Of a DNA stretch of 32,000 bases, positions 1 to 12,049 are shown in pieces. The stretch is taken from positions 60,001 through 92,000 of the forward strand of contig NW_008806277.1 of assembly GCF_000400465.1 (NCBI RefSeq), given 5' to 3'. This DNA is from Wallemia ichthyophaga EXF-994. Taxonomy: Eukaryota; Fungi; Basidiomycota. The position numbers and the translations under genes were made by a program. Under the pieces are notes generated by a model that had not been told where the DNA came from, did not search any database, and saw nothing but the letters and a program-made list of their open reading frames with translations. How positions within the stretch are numbered: position 1 is the stretch's first letter; each line of letters opens with the position of its first letter.

Positions 1-16
1 TAAACCGATACAAACA

Positions 17-3000
17 TCACGGCCTCATTTTGTTACTATCATACGCATTGAATATTTTCTCTACCATGGTCTTGCTTGATGAGTTACTGTCTAATCTTGA
101 AAGAGTCAGTTGAAGCATCAGTTTGAGCGCGCTCCTTGGTAATTCCTTGCAAGCATCTATCTGATTAAACATAGCCATCACCGTACCTCGATCTGGATAA
201 TTGTGTGCTGATAAATAGACACCGGCTTCCCATTCAGGTCTTTTCCCAATAAGGACATCCCTAAGCACATGCTCTTCCACGCCACCTTTGCAAAGTGTTC
301 GGATAGCGTAAGTTATCATTGAGCTTTGCAGCAGTGGTGCGAGATAACCTAGCACACTCCTTAATGTGCCTCTATATGCGGCCTGCAGGTAATTGAGCTC
401 GCGAGCACTCAGAACAAGCTCTGTCGAGTTAGACCGAGAGTATGTCTTTTTATGTGCAAGATTGCATAAGCGGTTCAAGGTCAAATGATACCAAACACTG
501 ACAGGCTTGTCATTAGACAGCGCATCCAACAGCACAGCATCGATGAAATTGCAGCTGCCTCCAGACCTAGCGAAGCTTGCTAGAGACGACAAACTGCCAC
601 TCAGCTCCAGACTATTACCGACTTCTTCGTAGTTTTCGGAACGTAGCAGCCCCTGGTCGGGTGTGAGATCCGTCCTCAGGTTGGCTACAAGGTCAAGTCC
701 AGCCTTATTTCTGCTAGCGGTAGACTTCAGATTGCGAGGATCAGCTGCGTAGCTCAAATATCCTGCTTTCTTCTTAACGTAGAAAGTCTGTGATGTCTTG
801 AGATTCTTCAGACTGTTCTCATCGTTGAAATCAATAACAAGCGGCCAATATCTGGGCGAATCAATCTTCAGGCTGAGCAGTCTAGAATATTTGGGCACGA
901 GCGTTGGCGCTATCATCCTCATGCTTTTCGGCATCTTGTCCAATTCGTCGACAGCCTTGATCTTAATGGGAACATAGACAGCCTCATTAGTCTTGACATC
1001 GCGCGGAATAAAGCATCGTTTCTGTACAGCCTTCACCCACAAATGTCTGTATGCGAATGAATGGTTTGACTGATCGGCTGGCGTCATTGGCCATTTGGGG
1101 TACAGAGCGCACAAGAGGAATCCAACAGCTTCGTTTGAGTTAGTGAGCGTGTACTCTCCGCCTCCTAGAAATAGTAATCCAAGTGCCATATGCGTCGCCA
1201 TCTGTGAGCCGAAGTTTCTGCCACTTGATGCACCGAATTGACCGTGAGCTATGCGGAGACGCTTCAAGATTCCAAGTTCGCCAGTGCCAGCCATAACCGC
1301 CGCTAGTGCTACGGTTATTGTGTTCAGACCTGACCTGATTGCTGCTCGTTTCACTTTGCCCTCGTATGTGATAGCTGGAATGGGAGTCAAAGTGTCAGTC
1401 CATTAACCATCGCATTGTCACACAACCCACATTTAATCGATGCGGCTTGTGTGAAGAGATCCATATAGTAAAGTAGACACTCAAACGCATCGTCTTCGGC
1501 TGTACCCGCAAATTTGAGTCCTTGAGCAAGACATGCGCCGGCGACGATGTTGTAGTAGCCCAATTCGATACTATCATCCACAGACTCAAACCTATCCTTC
1601 TTTCTATCAAGAGCAGATCGTATGAACTGGGGTATTTGACTCTCAACCCACTCCTTCTTCCTGCCAATCGAATCCCACATGATGAGATTCTTGGCGAGAG
1701 TTCTAAATAGGAGGAAATCAGGTCTGATCCAATCTAATTCAGTGGAGTTGTGGGGTAGATCCATTAGAGACGCCACGTCGCTTCTCTCAGACTTTAGAAA
1801 CCACATTGCGAGTGCCAGTGTCGCGCCGGGACTGGTAAAGTTGGCGTCAAGGGCGTCAAACTCGATGCCCGACTTGTTGTGGCCGTGCTTATCGCCATGC
1901 ATATAGTGTCTCAGTTTTGTAATCATCTGCGTCTCTGATGGCGATGTCGCTTCTTTACCTTTCGCGAGCATGACTAATCCGAAGCCAAGAGCTGCCGATA
2001 ACGAGTAGCTTCCTCGCACGCTACCCTTTCCTTCGTTTGAAGGGACATCCACTCCACCGATCTCGCCAAGCAGAATCTCAGCCTGGCGTCTCTGCCGTGT
2101 ACCAAGGTGCGCAACACCCAAGCTGAACAGTCCTGCCGCCTGTGTGAGCCCCGAAAGATTGAATTCCAGTTGGTGAGTTGGTAGTATCGCGGGTACGTGT
2201 AGCGAGAAAGCCCCTATCAACCGTTCCGGCGGATCGCCTGCATAACTGATAGCAACACCAAGCATCGTCCCTATTGTCATAAATTCATTCTTGGGCTCGA
2301 GGAACTTCTGCACGTGCCCCAGCCACATACTGCGCAAATGGCCATTCATTCCTAGCCCCAGCATCAGACCAGAGTGACGCGCTGACATGACATTCTTGCT
2401 CGGTTTATTTAGCATGATCCAGCTCTCGTCCACTGTGAGCTGCTCATTCAGCTTCAAAGCTGAGGCGACACCATTTGAAAACTCCCCCCATTCTTTGAAT
2501 TCAGTCATGATTGCTGTGGATTCGATGTTGTACGTCGTGTTAGTCGGTATCATGCGCACACGATAGTCAAAATCCGGTATCTGTAGTGGACCTGCTGGAA
2601 CACTCTGACTTGTTCCGTAAGTCAGCATACCACGTCCATATGGCAGACTTAATGTGCGTTCTGGCATCTCGTTCGTAACATTTTCCTGCTCTTTCAAAAA
2701 GTCTGGTTCACTGTATTCTAGTTAGAGGGAGTTTTACCAAACAAGAAGCAAACCCACAGCAGTCCACTGGTGTTGAGAAAGCGCATGTTTGTCAACTCGC
2801 TGCCATCCAACATCTTTGCTACCTCTTTCAAGCGATGATCCTGTGAGAATCTCAACTTTGGTATTTCCATATTATCAAATTCGACACCGGAGCAATTCTT
2901 GTTTGAAGCATTACTTTCATCTTCCTTTTTAGTTTTAACTATATTCTTGATGGTCTCCATAGACGGTAAATCGCGCACATCATCACTCTTACCCTGCCGC

Positions 3001-5441
3001 TCTTTGGCATTAGCATTTGCGACAAGGTCCTCTCTCCCTATGAGCTGGTACGCTTCTGCTGACCATCGCAGTTTCGGTCTCATCTGGCATACACGCAGGA
3101 CCTCCTGCAAAATTACTGAGAGTTGTAGCGGTAGAGTTCTGATTTTTTCATTCGTGAAGCCATTACGTATCAACTCATCCACCGTGCCTTCGAGATTGTT
3201 GTCTCCTATCAACGTAAATACTTTTTGTAATGCTACTGTCGACTGTAGTTGCTGAGGCGGTATGACAGGATAAGAAGACGAGTTTCTATCCATCCTGCAC
3301 TGCAGATCTTTGTAGATACTCGGAGGCGGCTGGATATCAATTTCAACAGACGCATGGCTTCCACAGTCAAAAGGCAGAGGGGTATATTCCCCAGCCCATC
3401 GCTGCCACCAGCCTACATAGTCTTCGCGACGTGCAGCCTTACTCAGCCATCCTAGAATCGGAGCGAGATTAGCGAGATTCTCAAACCTCGTCGTGGTATC
3501 CAATAGCACATCTTCTGCAACAAGATGCAGAGCGAGCAAGACGTGATGAAGCGCTTGCGAATGCGGCTTCAAATCAGAAGCAGATTTGTGTTGCTCTTTC
3601 TTCATTGACTCAGGAGGAACTGCGAATATATTCGAGCTTCTCAGAGCGCGTTGATGGGCTTTAGTGTTGGTCAACCTATTCCAGCCATTGCTCATTGCTG
3701 CAGTGGGTGTTTCAAGGTGCTCGCATCGTATAAAATCAGCTAGTGTACTGATTAAAGCTTCAAGACCCTTATTTTGTGGTGTGAAGTGCTTAAACATTTT
3801 CCTTGCAAAGTCCGCTTTTTCTTCGTTGGTGCAGAGAGATGAAATGAGACTGGTGCACGATTTAACAACAGGTTCAATCGGCCACTGACCCAAGTTGAAA
3901 CGTCGAACTTTGGAAGTGGTAGTTTCGATTGTGAGACAGCTGCCATTGACATCCTTGAATGCTCTCGGTAGATCTCGTGAATCTTGAAACAAGCATGGAA
4001 ATAGTATAGACTTGGGTGATTTGTGTATGAGAATATGAAGTTGTTTGGCATTATCGAGAATAACCAGCTCATCGGTATGCTCCTGGGTACATCTAATGCT
4101 AGTCACCGCAGTAGCTACGGGGAATCCAGTATCCTTTTCTTCAATATGCAGCTGACTGGTTATGGGAAGGATGGGGTCTCGGCTCACTTTGATGACTATC
4201 AATTGCGATGACAGGCCAGAGAAATGGATGGCGAGAGAAATTTCGCTTTCAGACTGATCGAATGCGTGAGCGGAGGGAGTGCTGTAACGTCCAAATTAAA
4301 GATATTTCAAAAAGCATTAAAGCACGCACCTCGAATCTATATCAGCTGCTTTGCATTCCCAAAGCAAATCGATAAAAACGTCAGACTCGCTGGAAAGCGT
4401 CTGAGTCTCATCGGGTTTCGAGCCTGGTGGAGCTCTGTTGGAAGCAGATTCGCCAGCGAGAATCATTCTATCCATGGTGAGACTGATATCGCTATTATCG
4501 AACGTATTCTCGAGAGTAGTGTTGACCTTAGACTTGATACTGCTCCTACGACGATTCGGCTGCGGTCTCGGTGTTGAAGATCTCTTTAAGTTTGAAGACA
4601 CAATTGGAGCATTCGGGAGGGAGGAAGGTGCGGCATAATCAGGGGAGGGAGGATTGGTTTTGATGGGATGTTTGAGTCTGGTATAACGAAAAACACTGAG
4701 TGTCTTTGATTGTGAGTCAAACGAGATGAGAAATGGCCAATTGTGTTTTGTGGATTGGTTGTGTGGTTGCATGGGAGTGATGAGGACGATGCGAGATTTT
4801 GGACGCGGGGTGAAATCGAAAGGCCTGATAGGATTTCTGTAAGCGTCATAGCCTTTGCAGCCACCAATTGGTCTCCAAGGGTGCCAAATACCAGATAAAA
4901 CAGCCCAAGAGGACACCTTTTCACCGGCTCTGCGAGCGTCACTGCGTTCTACGAGCCAACCAAGGCCAAGGTCCCAGCTTCTGTAGAGGTTGAAAGGGAG
5001 TGGAAGAGAGTAATCAAGACCAGGATCGAGGAAGAACAAGCGTGCGAGATTAGCAGTGGAACTGATTGCCAAATCGAGGTCATTCTCGTTTGTGTTTGAG
5101 GTGAGGGTGGAGTGTAAAAACACTATGAGGCACTCTCTAGGCTTATCGTCTGCGCTGTTGAGATGGAGTTGTCCAAAAGACGCGTGTGAGATGTTGAGAT
5201 GATCGCTGTCGAATTTGAGAATGCGCTGGATATGCGAGTGGCTGCTAACAACGAGATGAGAATTCTGCCACGTGAGCTCGCGTTGGCCATGTAGAGATCT
5301 ATGCAATGGCAGTGGCAGCGGGGGCTGGTAGAGCTTAAATAGGCCAGGCTCAATGGAAGGAGGTGGTGGAGGATACGACGGGGATTTATTTATCTTATTA
5401 AGGTAGATGGTCGCAGGTGAATTGAGATTTATAATTTCCAT
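17..5441 (-). CDS. APC1: Anaphase-promoting complex subunit 1, about 1757 aa; exons 5441-4330, 4281-2758, 2710-1431, 1374-17
   Basis: Four consecutive minus-strand ORFs join in frame through three GT-AG introns (4282-4329, 2711-2757, 1375-1430; 48, 47, 56 nt), total 5274 nt. Recognised PC-repeat segments: HSGLMLGLGMNGHL, AGLFSLGVAHLGT, FTSPGATLALAMWFLKS, MATHMALGLLFLGGG, LYPKWP. Confidence 0.93.
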
Positions 5442-5720
5442 CTCATCGGCGTTTGATTTTGAGATTTGAGATAAGAAACTCAGGTTAGATTAGAACGATC
5501 AAATTCGATTTAGAATAAAAATGAAATTAGGGGATTCACTCGTCAGCTAGCCTCCGCTGGAATCATCTAACTTACTGAGCCACTGGCCATTGACCATCTC
5601 AGCAATTCTAACGCCTCAAACTTGCACGTAGATTCAGTCTAAAGAACGGCTCGGACAGCCACATAGTCTGTTGGAGAATCCTTGATAGATCTCACGCTCT
5701 TCTTGCTTATCTCTTCGATA

Positions 5721-6710
5721 ATGTCGACATCTCAAACGCCTTATGCGCAAATTTTCTCTTCTTCGTGGCCCTCCAAACAGTCTCAGATGACTCAGGCGTT
5801 CCAAGAGAATGACATTTACATATTTGCACAACTTGCACTCAAATTTATACTCAAATGGCTGGAATTTTTTTTTATAGCGCGATGTACATTTGAATGGTAG
5901 AATTGTTCTCTGATTTTATAAGATTATCGACGAATTTCTCATATCAACGATAGATTTCGTCCAATCATCTCAAATGCTGTTAGACGTTCAGGTCAAAATT
6001 TTGCAAGACATCTCGATTGGGACACTTCTGAGCTGAGTTGTTGGACTGGTTTCTGTCAAGAAGTTGCTGGTATTCATGGTGAGACTTTGTCTAATATATT
6101 AGTACTGGGTGAGTTGGAACCTTCCCGTTTGAGCGAGCTATCTGGATTATTTCAATCACTGGCTATACTCCTATTCAAAGTACACTCAATCACTCAATTC
6201 TACCAAAACCGTCTCCAAAACGTTGTCAAATGGCCACTGAAACTTTCGAGGCAACACAGAATGAAGAATTGGAGAGACCTTGCTGTTTTGTCCAACACAG
6301 ATTCGCCGTTGCGGGTTGTGTCTGAAATCATACTCGATAATCTTCGACATGTTGCCGATGTCGTTATATATCTTGCTGTACAGACCAACAGGAGCGTAAT
6401 CCATCTAATTGGATATAGTGTTTTTACGGCGCTGATACACGTCGAACTGAGTTTCATGAACATTAACGTCTTTACTAATGATGAAGTGGTTTTTCCAGTT
6501 CAACACAAATGGTGGTGGGTGAGTGGGTTTTTTGTTTCCAGTCTAAGTTTCTTCAAGGTTCTCAAAACAACTACAAATACAGCAGATATTAGCAGAATGA
6601 TTACTGAGATCATGTTGAAAATATCCAACAAAAGCACTCCTTCTAGAGTAACACATAGCTCGATAAAACCCATCATCTCTGCAATCGAAGCGAGAAGTTC
6701 AGCTCAATAA
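5721..6710 (+). CDS. Hypothetical orphan protein, about 316 aa; exons 5721-5883, 5923-6710
   Basis: ATG at 5721 (MSTSQTPYAQ). A 39-nt GTACAT...CTGAT...TAAG intron (5884-5922) removes the in-frame TAG and joins a stop-free frame running to TAA at 6708-6710, which includes track ORF 6087..6710. It fills an otherwise empty 1.3 kb. No family recognised. Confidence 0.55.
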
Positions 6711-6785
6711 GAACACAAAGTGCAGATACCACATTCAATGTATCCAATGTATCTAAAAGATACCATAAAATTTCAAAATATCTAT

Positions 6786-8293
6786 TCAGTTTCCTTGTCT
6801 TGGTTTTACACCAGGAACTGGAACCAGACGACTTTTATCCTTCCTAGCCGTCTTCTTGCGTTTAAGCTGTCTAGAAATCAAAGAGCTGCAGTAGAAAGAC
6901 ACTGGAGCTATGAGATTGTATGAGATAGCAGCTTGTAGTGGGACTTTGAGAGATAATTCGGCTGTCTCACTTTGAGGATTGCAAATTAGACCACCGAGTA
7001 GAATAAGGAGCATAGCCATACTTGCAAACACCATATGCATCAAAAAGATGGCAAAATTAGGCGCGTCAAACTTATCCAACAGAAACATCAAGCCGAATAC
7101 TGGGATGATGAAGAAAATGCCATATTGGATTAACTGTGAGAAAAATGAGCATTTGAGGCTAAATATGATGTAAACTTACATATCCAGCTACTACAAATTT
7201 CTGACCTATCCGCAGATCTCTGAAAGACAAGGCTAATAAAGAAAACAGATGCTCAAAATCAACACCCATAGCAACGGTGTACTGGGTAAGTGTGAAGATT
7301 TGCAGTGCCACAAAGACATCATTCCATCCTATCTTTTCCGGGTTTCCAGTAGGTCGGAGCAATAAAGCCACAGATGCAAACATCATTGAGCAGTAGATGG
7401 CTTGCGTTACATTGCCTTCCAATGTCATACAGCACATGATGGGATGTACAAACTCTACTGATTTGAAGAATTCGCGTCCGTGTTGTTCATTATACCATCT
7501 TCTACTGACTGAGATGACTGTTAATGATACGGTAATACTGTGAGAGTGAGAATAATAACAATCAAGTAGCGCTTACTCACGCAAATATCGTACTTTTGCT
7601 CCACGTATTTGGGATTAGTGGTAGAAGAGTACACATGGCGTAGCTCTGCAGCCACTCATCAGGTTCATAAGAAGACGACTTGATCACGTTGTATCCCAGC
7701 AAGAAAATGACAAGTGACCAAAGCCTTTGATCGTAGTAAGTGAGCTGCAGTGGTGTGAGTGAGTGAGTGAAGTTAGTGTACTAGACACGCACTACGATTG
7801 TGAGCAGAGAGAGAATAGAGATTATGACATTAGTGAGCTGCTGTCTGATAGAGCCTGTGTGATTTGTGCGATTGAATAGTGCAATACAACTATCCAAGTA
7901 AGTAGTCGCAGCTGAGTAGATGAAGGTGTTTATCACTAAGCCAACCTGACTTTCAAATGGGGCGTCTTGGATACTTAGAGCCAGGCAGCCAAATCCAGCG
8001 CAGAGTAAGATCGGGGCTCTAATGAGTGGTTTATAGAAATCAGCGTGCGCGTGCGCATGTGTGCTGTTGTCAAAGTTGGTATAATGCTTGAGTATGTGAA
8101 GTGAGAGCAGGAAAGAGAATCCAAAGAGAGCGGTAATGATAAGAATATCATTGAATAGTTTATTATATCTGAAATGGCGTCATTTGATGCCGAAGAGAGT
8201 GGTTGCGTCTACCAACATTTTCAAATCTTTTATAGCTCGAATCGTATCATCAATCGAAGGGATTTGGTTAAATACATATTTTGTATCGTCCAT
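6786..8293 (-). CDS. Hypothetical multi-pass membrane protein, 440 aa; exons 8293-8217, 8168-7793, 7744-7581, 7537-7180, 7133-6786
   Basis: Five exons join in frame through introns 8169-8216, 7745-7792, 7538-7580 and 7134-7179 (48, 48, 43, 46 nt; donors GTTGGT, GTGCGT, GTGAGT, GTAAGT). The product has many hydrophobic segments and a basic C-tail (RQLKRKKTARKDK). The first exon is the least certain. Confidence 0.75.
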
Positions 8294-8388
8294 TTGCTCA
8301 ATAATTCTACCTAAATTATATTCTTCCGGATTTCGGTTGTAAACTTGCGAGCAATCATCCAACAGCCAAACTCGGCAAATAAACGGCA

Positions 8389-10163
8389 ATGGTTTATGTG
8401 CCTTATATTAGCTCAAAGCTGCCTAATTACGATGGCCCATATCCTGTCGGTGCGTTTGATTTGGAGTTGCCAGTCGATGAGGTACGACTTTTCGCCACCG
8501 ATAGAGCCCCACACAACTCACACTGACGCAGCCAGACGAAAAGCAATCTGCCAGCTTCAAGATTGATACAGATCCGGAGCCACTCAAGCTAGAAACTGTC
8601 CTCTTCACACTGTACTACCCAACAGACAAGAAAGCTTTTAACGGCAAGGGGAAGCTTATCAAGTGGTTTCCTAGGCCATTCGCTTCCACCGCTTATGGAT
8701 ATGCTAAGCTTGCTGAGATTTCTCGCACTTTTGCAGGTGAAGCACGCTGACTGCCAATTCCTAATGCGTAACTGACTTTTATACTTTAGTTTCATTCGCA
8801 CATGCTCTAGCTCGCAGCACAAAGATCCCTGCATACGATTCTGCTCCTCTCGCTTCCTGCCCCACGGGAAAATGGCCGCTTATCATCTTCTCGCACGGCC
8901 TCGGCGGGCAGAGGAGAATGTACAGCCACCTCTGCGGGAGCCTGGCTAGTCATGGATATATAGTGTGTGCAGTTGAGCACCGCGATGGAAGTGCACCAAC
9001 TTCGTGGGTCTATCCACCGCTCAACAATCGCAGCGAGCAGGGCTCGCCGAGATCAGTCACCTGGTACGACTGGAAACAGGTGAAGTTTGAAGATCCTTCA
9101 AAAGAAGAGTCCCACGTCCCTCTGCGTGACGAGCAGCTCGATTTCCGGTTGAGAGAGCTTGAGATGACCTGGAAACATCTCAAACGTATTGCTGCGGGCC
9201 AGGGCGCTGCATCTGAGCTCATGAACCATCGTAAGAAAGTAAGTGGTGCTGCAGGCCAAGTGAATTGGGATTCATTCGCAAGATGTATGGATGCAGACAG
9301 GGATGTTACTTTCATGGGCCACAGCTTCGGTGGAGCGACTATCTGCAGGGTTGCGACCAAGTCAGATGGATTTCTGCGATGCATAACACTCGATCCTGTG
9401 CGTATTTCTTTGCCATTCAATCACACCGCGGCTAACAAGACACTCCCAGTGGAGCTGGTGGGAGATTTTCCCAGAAGACGCCATCTCGTACCCCGTTTTC
9501 TCACCGCCGCATTTCGACATCAAGGTGCCTTTGCTGACGATCAATTCTGAGCAGTTCACAGTATGGCACGACAACTTCCGCTCCGTCTACGACCTTCACC
9601 GACGCCAGAAAGATAAAGGACTGCCGTCGTGGTTATTCACCATCTGCGGCACGCTTCACGCTTCATTCAGCGACATCAACCTAATTGCGCCTCGGCTGTC
9701 CAAGTACAAAGGGATGCGTATCAACCCAAAGCAAGCACTTGGCCTGACGGTGGATGTCGTGAGGGAGTTCACGAACCAAAACCCCAGCCATGACCGTACA
9801 CCTTCGATCCACACCCACGCTAGCACCGACACATCTGAGTTCTCCGTGTGTGAGAGCGAGGATGAGGAGCATGCGCGTGTTCTCGATGAAAGACGTCGCG
9901 AGAGGCCCTACGAACTCGCTGACGAGGACAAGGAGAGCATTATGAAGAGGTGGCCGCCACGTCTCCCGCCAACGTCGAAAGAGCTGATCAAGTTGAAGAT
10001 CGGAGAGCCCGGCCATTTCGTCCTGCATATCAAACCGAGAGAGGAATATGCAGGGGCAGATGTGGAAGACTCTATACCGTCGCCTACCCTCCCCAGTCAC
10101 ACACCGCCAGATACTACGAGTCAGCCTAACCAGCAGCTGCCATACAATGTGTCGGCATCGTGA
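8389..10163 (+). CDS. Platelet-activating-factor acetylhydrolase family (alpha/beta hydrolase, phospholipase A2-like), 539 aa; exons 8389-8481, 8532-8736, 8790-9397, 9450-10163
   Basis: N-terminal LPNYDGPYPVGAFDLELPV, IIFSHGLGG, VCAVEHRDGS, nucleophile elbow GHSFGG, LDPW (formed by splicing) and GTLHASFSD. Introns of 50, 53 and 52 nt keep the frame. Confidence 0.9.
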
Positions 10164-10299
10164 GCGCGGCTACCCAATCCACACACCACACACCCACACA
10201 CTAACAAAGCAAGGACATGTACTTCTAATCCCTAATTAGTTACTTTAATTGAACATTTTGTTACAATTATAATAAATTTATTTGATAGACACGCGCAGA

Positions 10300-11877
10300 C
10301 TACTCTCCCAGCGCAGCCATAGCACCGTCATATCCCTGTCTCCAGCCAGTTTCGAATTCCCACATGTTCCCACTTAGGCCTCTAAAAGCTGAGTGTTCGT
10401 CCATCCGCGCCTCGATCCATTTCCCGACGAAGCCGATTTCTGAGCGCCCGACTACGTGGTGAGAGGGAGGGCGATGATAAGCAAACATTACCTATAGGTA
10501 GTGTGTTAGCAGGCAAACAACGTAACAGCTGCCATTACACACCGCATCATCCCAACCGATCCTGAAGCCATCTTCGAATCTCCAGTGTTCGGCAACAGGC
10601 AGACCTTGAGAGGCCCAGTATTGAGCGTGAGTGTGTACAGCATGTTGGCCGAGTTCGTCTCTCTCCTCCAGCGACGCTCTGCCCTCCTCTGGCAGACCTC
10701 TCCTGCCGCCTGCCCACTGGGGGAAAGCGTGAGTGTTGACGGCCTCCTTGAAATCCCAACCGGTATCCCCGCCATGCTCCTTGCGCAGTGTCCAGAAGAA
10801 CCAGCCAGCGGTGGTGCGTTCGTAGAGTGCGAGTTGGGCGCCGATCCACATGGCGATCATATCGTGATGATCGTGTCCCGCCGTCGACCCCGGATTCAGC
10901 CCGCCACTCCACTCACCGACAATGAGACTCCCGCGGGCTTTGCGCTGCGCCTCGCCCAGGAACTCGAGATACTCCGCTTGACACCGCCCAGTATGGTCGA
11001 ACGCACTCGCGCTTGTTTGCTCCTCGGTGAAACAGCGATAGAGGTGGTGGTCGAGCATGACGAAATCTTTGCGACTGCCTACTACACCGGAATAATACTC
11101 CGTGTCCCATGCATCTCCTAGCGCTAGGGGGAAATGCGGGTGGGTCAGTGTGCGCGCTTCGCTCAGTATGTCGAGATAAAGTGATAGTAACGCATCGTTG
11201 TTCGCTGGCTCATTCACTAGCTCCACTCCTACCACATTGTCGCGAGGGGAAAAGTGTGCGATGAGGAAACGCAGCGCATGCTTGAGTACTGCGATGTTAC
11301 GCTCCTCCCACATCTTAATCTCAGGTCCAGATCTCCCAGAGTGATCATCGTGGTTTTGCTTTCCAGGTGCAGAATGTAGATCGAAGTGTACACCAATGTT
11401 CCACTTCTCCGCCCAATCTACGGCTCTTTCGATGTAGGATATAGTGTTCTCGTACACATGTCCCAGGCCTTGGAAATCTGTGCCGTCGAGATACCCTTGT
11501 CCGAGATATTTGCTGAAATGGTAGTATCCTACTGGGATACGCACCGTGTTTATACCAATACTAGACAACCACTCGAAATCTGCTTCAGTTATCCACGTCT
11601 CGTAGTGCTGCTCCATTATTTCTTTTGCATTTCCGCCGCGAGCTACATCGTGGTCTGATTGGGCTGGCTCTACCGCCTCCCTGTAGGGAGACCAGGTGAT
11701 CCACTTTTCGAGGACAAACCAGCTGCCTAGATTGACACCGCGCTGCTTACGAAATCTGTACACATCAGCGGGCGATAGGATTCTTGGTGGTATTGTGTGG
11801 TTCGAAGTGGGGTAAGCGTGAGCGTTGGATGTTGGCTCTGTCGAAAAGGATTTCTTGAGCGATTTGAAAATTCCCAT
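10300..11877 (-). CDS. Glycoside hydrolase family 5, glucan 1,3-beta-glucosidase-like (yeast YBR056W / S. pombe Exg3 type), 508 aa; exons 11877-10543, 10491-10300
   Basis: RGVNLGSWFVLEKWI, INTVRIPVGY, DLHSAPGKQN, acid/base NEP, DHHLYRCF, nucleophile VGEWS. A 51-nt intron (10492-10542) joins ORF 10300..10488. Start taken at MGIFKS; an upstream in-frame ATG lies at 11934. Confidence 0.9.
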
Positions 11878-12049
11878 AATAGTGAGACAACTTAGTATTA
11901 TAACAAAACAAGTGTTGCGTCGTAGATATTTCATATATGCGCAAGACACACACACGTGAGCAGATTATTTAATTCAAAATGAATAAGATTCACAAAAGAA
12001 AAAAGTTCATTTAATAGTCGATTAGATTATTTGGTTATATGCTTTGTAC

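Noticed and set aside
8180-8389. Track ORF MPFICRVW... as a separate 69-aa gene or an N-terminal extension
   Set aside because: Its start is a TTG overlapping the ATG of the opposite gene. Only the part from ATG 8293 is used, as exon 1 of the membrane protein.
10506-11121. Several overlapping ORFs within the GH5 gene (178 aa +, 121 aa -, 89 aa -)
   Set aside because: GC-rich coding sequence has few stops in alternative frames; no motifs.
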